A stretch of 64,000 bases of DNA from Macrostomum lignano (taxonomy: Eukaryota): the NCBI GenBank assembly GCA_002269645.1, contig NIVC01000239.1, positions 1 through 64,000 on the forward strand, in the 5' to 3' direction. The notes under the pieces are model-generated. The model had not been told where the DNA came from. It did not search any database and worked only from the letters and a program-made list of their open reading frames with translations. The translations under genes were made by a program, and so were the position numbers. Shown here in pieces: positions 35,201 through 48,002 of the stretch; within the stretch, counting starts at the first letter, position 1, and every line of letters begins with the position of its first letter.

Positions 35201-38200
35201 TTTAGGTCGATCGCTGTAACTTTTCCGGTTGTTTTCATCGGTAATAAGTGAAATTCGTAAAATGGGTAATACGAGCGTAGTTGCTTGGCACAATGTTATA
35301 AAGATTCACCGTCCTAGAGCGTGGAGACCGGGTGAATTCAAATAACTACACTTCTCTTGTTCAGGTTCACTGGATGTACGTAGCTTCTTTACTCGTAAGA
35401 TTCAGATATTCAGATATTTAGATAGAGAAATCCTGATTGTACGTGAATTGTACGTTTTTTCTTCGGAGCTTGGGCGTTCGAGTCCCAACAAGTGTCTATC
35501 GAAACCGAATCGTCAATGAGCTGCATTGTTGCCCTTAGAGAATTCTGATGGCAATATTATCTTTTACAAATTTTAACCGAAGAAATAAATACTGGATTGA
35601 ATTTTCTTTAGTACTAACAGAAGACTTATTCCTTCTACTTAGTTTGCTGTTTTTTGGAAATTTAAAACTCTCACAAGATAAATTTTCGATTGGAAAAATT
35701 CGTTAAATTGGGTACGCTCGTAGTTGGAAGGCTAGAATCGTCTAGACTATGTTGCAGACAATATAGTTTCCAGCACATTTTACTGCAGTTGCTGAAGAGA
35801 ATTTCATTTTGGAGCAATACAAGTCCTAAAAGGCAAAAACTTTTGTAGAAACGTAGGACAAAGAACAAAGAAGGAACAAAAATTGACCTAAAGGTACGAG
35901 TATATCCTACCGATGATTAGCGGCTTCTTAAACTCGGCTCGAGGATCCAGTACCTCTTTTGTCAGGTAAATTACTAGTCTGTCCGCGTACCCAACGCTGT
36001 CGTGGAACGATCGACCCTGCTCTCGGTTGTAGGCCAGACTCGGAGGAGAGCCTCGCCAGCCTCGAGTTACCCAGTCGCAGTTGCCGCGTGAGTCAGACAC
36101 CATGATGAAGCCTGAATCTCGGTCACAGCCTCCATAGTGGTTGCTGATGTAGAATCTTCGCTTCTGGCCAGTATCCCCATCCAAAGAAAAGTAGTTGAAC
36201 TCTTTCCGACTAATTGGATAAGGGTAAGATGAGTACAGTCTTAACAGCGAGAACCAGTTCTCTTTGTCGAGCTTCTCTGTGTCGGTGGAAACATCGAATG
36301 CCACTTGAGAGACGACTTTATTGTCTTTGCGCATCTCGACGACCATCTTGGTCATTCCCGACTGTCTCACAGCTCGAGGAAGCTCGTCGATGAGATCGGA
36401 TCTGTAGACCGGAGGCAGAGATCCGTTGGCGGGCATTTTGTAGTTTTGTTGATGCTCAAATGTCTCTAGAGCCTCCAAGTGCACGTTCGGAACAATTGTG
36501 TAAAGCAGGTGCTTGCCTTTTTCTAAAAATTTTTACTTGAGTTTTTGTTATTGAATTTCCTATTGTTAAGCATCCAATTGAATTTTTCCATAAATTCTTT
36601 CGATCAAATAAAATGTCTTACCAAACAGGACCGCCTTTGTGAACTCTGGGCGCAATTCGTCCACGTGGTTTGTCAAGTAGACCACGAAGCGGTCCGCATA
36701 GTCCACCCCGGTGCGAAATGGCGCCGTTCGGAATCTGTTGTATAGCAGCACTGGCGCGGCTCCCTTCCAGCCCTGTGATCCCCAGTTGCAAGGATCCTTC
36801 CTGTCTGTGACAATCCAGAATCCTAAATCGTTGTCACATCCCTTTCCCGTGTCCGTTACAGAGAATCCTCGCTTTATGGATGTGTCACCATCCACGCTAA
36901 AGTAGTTCAGATGAATTTTCTTGGAAATCTGATAAGGGTACGCTGCGACGAGTCTATCTCTTGAGAACCAATTGAGTAAGGTAAGCGAATCCGTGTCAGT
37001 TGCAACGTCAAATACAAGTCTCGCTACTACTGCGTTGTTTTTGCGCATCTCTGCAACCATCTTGCTACGACCTGAACGCCTCACGGTTTTATCCATCTGG
37101 TCCAGCAGGTCCGACCGGTAAATTGGGGGCAGGGAGCGATCGGATGGAATCGGGTAGTCCTGCTGATGCTTGAATGTGTCCACGGCTTCTTTCCCAACGT
37201 TGGGCGTGATTGTGTACAGGATTTGCTTGTCTCCGTCTGAAAGCCAATAGAAATAGATTAAATGTTTCGTGCCGAAAAGTTGCTAACACAATCAAAGATG
37301 CTGTATAACTCTGGCGTTCGTTTCCTCAATACATGAACCTCTAGCTTCTTAAAAGCCCGTTCACATTACCACTAATAGCTCTGCACGTCAAAGATGGCTT
37401 AAATCAATGTACAGCTGGTTCAGATCCATTTTAAAAACTTATTTGAAAGATATCTAACCTTTGGAACTTTTTGCGGCAAAGTGAACCGGTGTTAGGATTT
37501 CTGTTCCCTGAAGTTAAGGATCTCCTGCACGGAGACCCAACACGAAAGATTACGCCATTTTACAATCGCCCGCACGGAAGGTTTCTATGCACAATAAAAA
37601 GCTAGAGATTATAATTTTCGACATATTAATTATGGGGGAGATCTGTAACTGGAGATCCTAAATCAAACCCTAGTTTTTGCACTCGTGAAGGAAATCGGCA
37701 AACGGTGCAGAATCTCCGAGGGGACAACGGAATCTGGTTTAAGATCTCCGGATAGGGAGACCTGACCATGCCTTGGAGATCCTACAACGGTTACGCATCT
37801 CCTATCGCGGAGATCCATAACCGTTTGTAGTCTCCGAAGGAGATCTTACACCCTGTAAAGTCTCCGGTTGGAGATCCCAGCCTGTTTGCAGTCTCCGGAT
37901 CGGCGACCCAAACTGGCCGGAGCCTCAGAGGCTCTAAACTGTAACACCGGTCTTTGATTATTACTCGTGATTATTATTAGGGCATTAAAATAAATATATC
38001 TTATTTTACTGCTTCGTTCAACTACCCTAAGTATAAGTGCCCAAAGTAATATACTTGCACAATGCTTTTGCAAAAATGTTCGCACGCACCAACAATGAAC
38101 GGTTGCCTGAACTTCCATCGTCTGTCCTCGACCTCGTGCGTGAGGTACACAAGCATCCGGTCGGCCGTGTCGACGCCAGCATGGAACGGCTTGTTCTGCA

Positions 38201-41200
38201 GCCGGTTGTACAGCAGCAACGGCGGGGAGCCGCGCCAGTTGCGGTTGGCCCAGTTGCAACTGTCTCTGGCATCTGAGATAGCGATGAACCCGGCGTCAAC
38301 ATGACAGCCTCCATAGTTGTAGCTGATGTAAAACCGCCGCTGCTCGCCCACGTCTCCATCCAAAGAGAAGTAGTTGAACTTGGTCTTGTCCACCAGGTAG
38401 GGATAGGAGGACTCCAGCCGTTCTAGCGAGAACCAGTTGTCTAAGGTCAGACTGTCGACATCCTTAGTCACATTGAAAACCAACTGAGCCACCACTGAGT
38501 GGTCCTTGACGAGCTCCATCACCATCTGGGTCATGCCCGAGTCTTTTACGGTCCGCGACAGATCGTCCAGCAGGTCAGACCGGTACAAAATCGGCAAATC
38601 GTCGTCGATTGGCGCGCGATAGTTTTGTTGCTGCCTGAACGTTTCCAGCGCGCTCTTGTGGATGTTGGCCTTGATCGTGTACAGAAGCTGTTTTCTTTCC
38701 GCTGTAGCAGATCAGGGTGACTTTCAACTATAATTGCCTTAGTTATTCGATAATGTTAATAGTTTCAGTAAAGTGCTCACCGTGGAAGAAGGGCTTCCTG
38801 AACTCGGCTCGAAACTCGTCCACAGTGTCGGTGAGGTACACCAGAAACTGGTCGGCATACGCGGCACCCTGTTGCAGCGTGCGGTCCTTAAATCTATTGT
38901 AGATCAGCGCCGGTGCGAGGCCCTTCCAGCCGTTGTGGCCCCAGCCACAGGGATCTCTGGCGCCGGACACGAGCCAGAAGCCGCGGTCACCATTGCAGCC
39001 GTCGAAGCTCGTTGCTATGAAGAACCTGCGCTCCTTGTTTGCGTCACCCTCGATGGAGAAGGCGCTAAACTTGGCCACGTCGTCAAGGCGGTAGGGCCAG
39101 GCGCCGATCAGGCGGGACGGCGAGAACCAGTTGAACTGGTCTAGGCTGTCCGGGTAGTCGCCGACATCGAAGACGACGCGCATCACGACGGCCCTGTCGA
39201 CGCGCATCTCGGCGACCATGTAGGTTTTGTCTAGACGGCGGACAGTGTCGGGCAGCTCGTCGAGCAGGTCGGACCGGTAGACGGCCGGCAGCGGCTCATT
39301 GGGCGATGGGGCTGGCCGGTTGCCGTTGCCCCGGGTGACGAACGCCTTCTGCGGGTCCTCGCCGATGTTGCTCCGAATAGTGAACAGCAGCGTCTTGCCG
39401 TCCTCTACGATTTTCAAACGATTGTTTCAGTGCAAGCTCGAAGTTTTACAGCAGTTTCAGTTTGGGAAATCGCCACCTGTATCGGCCATATGCTCGTACT
39501 CATTCTTTGACCCTCGACGAAACCGATCGTCTTTTCCAAATTTAAATTTTTTGCTAGTTAGACTAAATTTATAAGCACATTCTATATATTCTAATTTTTT
39601 CATGCATTATTGGTCATGCAATACCTGTAGCACTCTATACTGCGATGAATTTCATTTCGATGACACAACGTAAAACTTGAAAAGCATCAGCACCTTAGTT
39701 CATCGATTTTCTCAGTCTTTCTGTTCATCTACCTTGAAGTATACTTAGAAACTATCTTAAATGAATGGAAATACTATAGGCTCATAGCTTAAGTAGATTA
39801 AAATATTCTCTATTTTATCAGTTATTCAGAAAATCCGTCTCTCATCTCAAAGTTCAGGTAGATTTCTGGTGAAATTACGAGGGTTGTCAGAAAGGTTCTG
39901 TGTACAAAGTTCTGTTTGTCTGTGTATTCGAGAATAGCTCAGCTCTATGAATAGCTGAAGAGTTGGGGTTTTAGCCATAGATATATACATATATAAAGAG
40001 TCGCTAGCTTTAGTTTTAGAGCAATAGATAATTTCTAGCCTGTGTAGCAGTAGTTTTTCAACCACACCCATGTCGCATTCCGTCCCGCGAAAGAGTTTTT
40101 CTAAGCGCGACAATCGATATCATCAAATTTCATGTCCTTCAGGGGCGTTCAGCAACCGAGATTCTTGAAGAAATGCGGCAGACCATATAGGAGACTTTTG
40201 CCCATCTTATGAGACGTTGGGCTATTGCCATTCGCAACGGCAAAAAAGACCTCGACGACAAGCCACGCAGTGGACGACCAACGAGTGCTCGGACTGACAG
40301 CCTGGTGAGTCAGGTGGAGGCAGCCGTGCTGCAGGACCGGAGACTGACCACCAGGCAGCTGGCTGATGCCATAGGGGTGTCCCACGACTCAGTCCACAAG
40401 ATCCTGACCGAGGACCTTGGGATGCGCAAGGTCTGTGCCAAGTGGGTGCCGCATCTGCTCACTGACGATCAGCGGGCTCGGCGGGTCGCCATGTGCGCAT
40501 CCAACCTGCAGCGGTGTCGGCGGGAGGGCATGGCGTTCCTGCAAAGGATCGTTGCCTGCGACGAAACCTGGGCGCATTCTTGGGAGACGGAGTTGAAGCG
40601 GCAGAGTGCCACTTGGTGCAGGCCAGGTTCTCCGCGACCTCAAAAGGCCATCCGGAGCATCGGCCAGCTGAAGGTCATGCTTTCTTCGACCGGGAGGGTC
40701 TGTTGTTCGATCAGCCTGTGCCAGTGGGGCAGACGGTCAATGGTGATTTCTACCTGTCGGTTCTGGTGAAATTTCGGCGTGCCATTCGGGACAAAAGGCC
40801 TGCACTTCACGCGGCTGGCCCGATTCTGCTTCACGACAACGCAGCCCCGCACCGAAAGCAAAGCGTGCTGGCTACGATCGAGTCGTGGGGGTGGGAAATT
40901 CTTCCGCATCCGCCTTATTCCCCGTACTTAAGTCCATGCGACCTTTTCCTCTTCCTTCGCATCAAGGAGTCGATGCGGGGCCAGCGCTTCAGCGCAGAAG
41001 AAGACGTGAATCGGGCCTACAAGGCTGGCATTGCCGCCGTGACGAACAATGGCATGACTGCAGGCATTGACGGGCTGGTGCGGCGTTGGGAGAAGTGCAT
41101 TGAAGCTGAGGGCTCATACTTTGAGTGAATAAATGTTAAGGAAGACATTTGTAACTTTTCATGTTTCTATACTGCTTATCGTTCTCAAGTTATTACAATA

Positions 41201-42430
41201 TACACAGAACTTTTCTGATAACCTTCATAGAACTGCGTCGAGTTGAATTTATCGATCTATCTATAGACGGTTAATTAGAGGCCTATAGTTAGCTCGTAAT
41301 TATTTTGCCAACAACTATAGTTACCGCTGGAGCTGAACTGATAACGCATGGCTCACACAGTAAAAATGGAACTTAGCAGGTCACAGGTTTCCGCTCGTGT
41401 CTCTCTATTAGATTTTGCTTATTTTGTCAACACTGTTCGGCAATTGATCTCTGAAAATAATCAAAACTAATAGATAAGGCTGTTGCACTGTTCTACGTAG
41501 ACGATAAGAAATGAAAGGTGCGTTGACCTTGCATTCGGCCTTTAGTAATCTTTCACCATTTGTTTTTTTAATGACACCATACGAAAGCCAGACCCGGCCA
41601 GATAAGATCGAATTTAAAATTCAACAAGATTTATGGCTCGTTTGCGAGAAAGCTCGATGCTAATGACCGAATGAATGAACGCGAATCAGACAGAGAGAAT
41701 AATCGAGACCTGAATAATGTTCACACACAAAAGGCTCTAAAAATAAGGCAAATAACCATGACTTAAGCAACTTAAACAGGCGCATGTGCTGCGGCGGGGC
41801 CAGGGGCGCAAAATATATGGTGCCCCCGCAATAGCTTTGGCGTCCCTGATTCTAGTGATCCAGACACGATTGACCCAGACACGATTGACTCTGACACGAT
41901 TGACCCAGACAAGATTGACCCAGACACGATTGACCCAGACAAGATTGATCCAGACACGACTGATCCAGACACGATTGATCCAGACACTATTGATCCAGGT
42001 ACGGTTGATCCAGACAATATTGATCCAGACATGATTGATACAGACACAATGGATCCAGACACGATGGATCCAGACACGATTGACCCAGACACGATTGACC
42101 CAGACACGATGGATCCAGACACAATAGAATGACCGAGACACGATTGATCCACACAAGAATGACGCTGACACATGACTCAGAATGACCCAGGTACAAATGT
42201 TGCAGTCACATTTGTCTCGAGCATAAGACGTAAGCAACTCAAGCAGACTTATCGGCAAAACACTCACAGCAGACTGAGCAGAGGCAAGCAAGGGCATCCG
42301 AGATTCGAAGCAGAGGGGCAGAAGGCTTACCAAATGCAAAGCCATCGGGCGAGGCCACATCGGCAGCTTTAACAGATGCGGTGGCCCACAACAATGCGAG
42401 CAGCCAGCCGCGAAGATCCCGCCAAGCCAT
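22717..42430 (-). CDS. Uncharacterised secreted multi-domain protein, right (complete) copy: signal peptide plus 13 tandem ~200-aa domains, ~2678 aa
   Basis: Hand-built join (minus): 42331-42430, 38781-39404, 38090-38701, 36622-37236, 35911-36522, 33845-34459, 32869-33483, 30858-31472, 29882-30496, 27871-28485, 25415-26026, 24099-24713, 23412-24017, 22717-23282. All introns are GT..AG and phase 1. The total is 8037 nt with an open frame ending in TAG at 22717-22719. Shared domain motifs: KQLLFTI..N, LPPVYRSDL.D, NWFS..RL.SSYPY, NYFS..GD..RRF, GGC..D.GF, C.W...GW.G..P.L.YN, YADR..IYL. Confidence 0.85.
23412..24017 (-). CDS. Right copy, domain exon 12 (class A, C subtype)
   Basis: 606 nt; acceptor cttag|, donor G|gtgagt. 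Confidence 0.85.
24099..24713 (-). CDS. Right copy, domain exon 11 (class B)
   Basis: 615 nt; acceptor acgcag|, donor G|gtaggt. Confidence 0.85.
25415..26026 (-). CDS. Right copy, domain exon 10 (class A)
   Basis: 612 nt; acceptor tttag|, donor G|gtacgt. Confidence 0.85.
27150..27850 (+). mobile_element. Decayed 5' fragment of a non-LTR retrotransposon (PHD-like fingers and start of APE endonuclease) inside intron 10 of the right copy
   Basis: ALCLSCDARI..NCNSFC..AC.GI..GWIC and CPDLNRTIAK..HCITSCH are PHD-like. LFLQGNAH..KIAELQNLI resembles the APE N-terminal LQxNxxG..K..EL motif. Confidence 0.5.
27871..28485 (-). CDS. Right copy, domain exon 9 (class B)
   Basis: 615 nt; acceptor ttgcag|, donor G|gtaagt. 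Confidence 0.85.
29882..30496 (-). CDS. Right copy, domain exon 8 (class A)
   Basis: 615 nt; acceptor ttgcag|, donor G|gtaagc. Confidence 0.85.
30858..31472 (-). CDS. Right copy, domain exon 7 (class B)
   Basis: 615 nt; acceptor ttgcag|, donor G|gtaaga. Confidence 0.85.
32869..33483 (-). CDS. Right copy, domain exon 6 (class A)
   Basis: 615 nt; identical translation to exon 8, offset 2987 bp. Confidence 0.85.
33845..34459 (-). CDS. Right copy, domain exon 5 (class B)
   Basis: 615 nt; acceptor ttgcag|, donor G|gtaaga. Confidence 0.85.
35911..36522 (-). CDS. Right copy, domain exon 4 (class A, A/C mosaic)
   Basis: 612 nt; acceptor tttag|, donor G|gtagga. Confidence 0.85.
36622..37236 (-). 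CDS. Right copy, domain exon 3 (class B, D subtype)
   Basis: 615 nt; near-identical to 6518-7132. Confidence 0.85.
37490..37946. mobile_element. 457-bp solo LTR with 4-bp target-site duplication
   Basis: TGTTAG...GTAACA termini and CCGG on both sides (37486-37489, 37947-37950). The paralogous intron shows the empty site gaaccggtcttt at about 7386-7397. Confidence 0.85.
38090..38701 (-). CDS. Right copy, domain exon 2 (class A, E subtype)
   Basis: 612 nt; near-identical to 7527-8138. Confidence 0.8.
38781..39404 (-). CDS. Right copy, domain exon 1 (class B, F subtype)
   Basis: 624 nt; near-identical to 8218-8841. Confidence 0.8.
39878..41227 (+). mobile_element. Mariner (Tc1/mariner, DD34D) transposon, frameshifted and non-functional
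   Basis: TA flanks and ~29-bp imperfect TIRs (CGAGGGTTGTCAGAAAGGTTCTGTGTACA / reverse of TGAAGGTTATCAGAAAAGTTCTGTGTATA). Motifs: PRSGRP, KWVPHLL, IVACDETW, LHDNAAPH and PPYSPYLSPCD, with 34 residues between the 2nd and 3rd Asp. Frameshifts and a stop occur in the 5' half. Confidence 0.92.
41858..42190. repeat. 15-bp minisatellite (gacccagacacgatt), intron 1 of the right copy
   Basis: Same unit family as the flanks of 13957-15318. Confidence 0.9.
42331..42430 (-). CDS. Right copy, signal-peptide exon
   Basis: Encodes MAWRDLRGWLLALLWATASVKA-ADVASPDGFAF then G|gtaagc; 100 nt, phase-1 donor compatible with every domain exon. Confidence 0.75.
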
Positions 42431-42823
42431 GGTACTTGGAGATGCTGTGCTTCGGCTGTCGGTTCTTCCTAAAGTGCAAGTTGTATTGCATAACAGGTGA
42501 GTCATTTTTCGGTACAAATAAACGTTTTTTAAGCGTAGGCAGGCACGAAAAAGTAGCGCCTAAAATATGTTTAATTACCTGTGATAGTCACGGAGTGAAG
42601 CGGGAGTTCTCTGGCAAACGAAAATGCAAAGTTGCCTTATAGATTGTCTATGGTGTGTCTCAGGTGAAGCATTAATACGCTCGTATACCTTTTTCAGGAG
42701 TTCGTTATCGCCTGGGGCAAAAAGTAAAGATAAAAGATTCAAGAGTCTGTTAGTGCAGCAGTTTACAAGAGTGGAGAAAGAACACTGGAATCTTTCTCCA
42801 TGCCATAGTCAGTGCTGTAGACG

Positions 42824-43910
42824 CCAAACCCTGTGCAATGACACCCAAACTCATTCCAATGACACCCAAATTCAGTGCAATGACACCCAAACCCTGTGAA
42901 ATGACACCCAAACCCTGTGCAATGACACCCAAACTCATTCCAATGACACCCAAACTCAGTGCAATGACACCCAAACCCTGTGAAATGACACCCAAACTCA
43001 TTCCAATGACACCCAAATTCAGTGCAATGACACCCAAACCCTGTGAAATGACACCCAAACCCTGTGCAATGACACCCAAACCCTGTGCAATGACACCCAA
43101 ACTCATTCCAATGACACCCAAACTCAGTGCAATGACACCCAAACCCTGTGAAATGACACCCAAACCCTGTGCAATGACACCCAAACTCATTCCAATGACA
43201 CCCAAACTCAGTGCAATGACACCCAAACCCTGTGAAATGACACCCAAACCCTGTGCAATGACACCCAAACTCATTCCAATGACACCCAAACTCAGTGCAA
43301 TGACACCCAAACCCTGTGCAATGACACCCAAACTCATTCCAATGACACCCAAACTCAGTGCAATGAAACCAAAACTCATTCCAATGACACCCAAATTCAG
43401 TGCAATGACACCCAAACCCTGTGAAATGACACCCAAACCCTGTGCAATGACACCCAAACTCATTCCAATGACACCCAAACTCAGTGCAATGACACCCAAA
43501 CCCTGTGCAATGACACCCAAACTCATTCCAATGACACCCAAACTCAGTGCAATGACACCCAAACTCATTCCAATGACACCCAAATTCAGTGCAATGACAC
43601 CCAAACCCTGTGAAATGACACCCAAACTCTGTGCAATGACACCCAAACTCAGTGCAATTACACCCAAACTCAGTGCAATGACACCCAAACTCAGTGCAAT
43701 GACACACAAACTCAGTGCAATGACACCCAAACTCAGTGCAATGACACCCAAACTCAGTGCAATGACACACAAACTCAGTGCAATGACACCCAAACTCAGT
43801 GCAATGACACCCAAACTCAGTGCAATGACACCCAAACTCAGTGCAATGACATCCAAACTCAGTGCAATGACACCCAAACTCAGTGCAATGACACCCAAAC
43901 TCAGTGCAAT
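42824..43910. repeat. 21-bp minisatellite upstream of the right copy, with higher-order variant pattern
   Basis: Same unit as 12680-13435 plus variants (cattcc, ccctgtga, ccctgtgc) repeating in blocks. Confidence 0.95.
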
Positions 43911-44467
43911 GAATTTAAGCAGTCTGTCTCCTTTCTTTTTATTTTGTTATCACCAGAAAATTAGCTTTTCTCTGCTATTTAAAAGATACTATTATTTAAA
44001 ACCGTCGCTTGGAAACCACGGGGTTGAGCTGATAGCGCATGTCACTCACAGTCAGGGCAGTTGGCTCTTTAAAATGCGTCCTGAGACACCCAAATTCGTC
44101 GTAGGCTTCCAAGCCTGGGCTGGTGTGTCTGGGCCGACTTTAATTTGGAACTTTTCTGCCCAGAAAGTTTGGCAAGTGCTTTTGAAAATGATAAAAACCA
44201 ATTCAGAAAAATTTTAGAGCTGAACTTGTTTAACCGTTGACTAATCAGTTCTTGATTTTTTTGAGCCTGTTGATAAGGACAAGTGAATAAAGCATGGCTT
44301 CGACTTTTGATAGACCTTTGATCATTTTTTATCGATTAGTTAATTTCATTTTAAAGAGTCTAGGCCCTGATCATAAGAAATTGTCAGATAAAACTGAATT
44401 TTAAATGCTACTTTACGGGTTGGCTCGTTGACCCACACAATAATGATTGATACAGACACGATAGGCC

Positions 44468-45190
<723 letters not shown>

Positions 45191-45784
45191 TATCGTTATC
45201 ATCCCTAAAATATGCACTTTAAGTTTTGTGACCACCAAGGTCACTCTTTTTTATTATTCTCATCTTGCTGTATATACTATAACTTTGCTCAACCACTCGT
45301 TCGTAAAATAAATCGACCCTGAGATTGTCCGATTGTGGACGAGATGCATTGGCAATTAAATAATACCAGGCTCATTCAATTTGCTCATCTCTCTCATTTC
45401 TCGTATTTAGCTCCATTATGCGAGCTAAATCATCAGACAATTAGCAGACAATTAGCGAATAAAATAACAAATGTAATGTGTAGGCCTCAAAACGACAGTG
45501 GAGGAATTCCTCTAAAAATAAAAACACAATGCTTTTAAACACGAAGAACACAAACTTCTGCCAAGGCCTGCGCCTATTGGTTGGGGAAGCCTCAGCCGCG
45601 ACCAATGGGTTCCTTCCTTAATTCCCACTTTGGGTTCGCTATGTAGCCTGCACCTACGTAAACACTGAAAGAAATCGGTATTGAAAAAAGTAACCTTAGA
45701 TCCCATTCCCAGACCCCTGTGCAGCTCCCCAAACTCTCGCACAGATATCAATAGATATTGTCTTCCCAGATTTCACAGATCCCT

Positions 45785-47199
<1,415 letters not shown>

Positions 47200-47624
47200 C
47201 ATTGAATGGGCGAGGAGAATCTTTAGTTGACTGCTAAAAAAATGCCGACAGTGATGCCAAACTCAATGTCAATGTTCGCAATTAATACCTGTCGGTTTTG
47301 TTCATGTCGAATGCAACAAACATTTGAAACCATATCTTTTATGCTCATCGATAATTCTTGCAATTATAAGTCAAGGGTGTCAATCTTGTGTAGGGGTTGG
47401 CAAACTCTGAAGCCTCTATATCCGGCCCTCGGGTCCTTTGAAGCTTCATGAAGGCGATCCGGCCCGCTCAAGGTCTCTCTTCTCAGCTCTCTTGTGCCTT
47501 CTCTCCCTTCTTCTCTCGTTTCTTTTCTCTTATCTCTCATCTCTCATCTCCTCTTTCCTCTTCTTTCTCTTCACTATTCCCTCTCCTGAGCACGCACGGG
47601 GATATGCACGCAGGCAAAGCGCTC

Positions 47625-47725
47625 ACACAGGGTGAACAGCGGCCCTGACTTTCCAATCGTCAGGCATGTACACTCTCTGTGACCCTCATGGGTTGTGAAT
47701 CGCTCGGCAACCCCATTTCCCAATT
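47625..47725 (-). mobile_element. Truncated copy of the SINE-like repeat at 62695-62850
   Basis: Shares ctcacacagggtg.acagc.gccctgacttt.caatcgtcaggcatgtaca..ctctgtg..ccctcatgg..gaatcgc..caacccc. Confidence 0.6.
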
Positions 47726-48002
47726 TTCGTGCAGCTAGGAAGCCCAAATCACTGCGGCTTCACGCAGGATCCCTACTGCTCAGCCCGAAGGTTAAATATA
47801 GATAAATTTGCTTGAATTTATGGCAGCACTTCGTTTATTTCAGTTCGCTCGCTTTCATGGCAAATAAATCGGTCAATTGGAAAAATCTTAGCGTGTGGTG
47901 CCTCTTTTATGGGAATAAAAATATATACAGTGTCTAGTAAATTGAGTGTTGATATGCTTTGCCAATACAACCACGAGTAGCTGCAGGCTTGGTGATTTAT
48001 GG

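Noticed and set aside
22717-39404. Reading the domain ORFs as separate single-exon genes or a prokaryote-like operon
   Set aside because: The ORF-track starts are internal or intronic codons. Every ORF has a phase-1 acceptor and donor at homologous positions, and only the last ends in a stop at the domain boundary.
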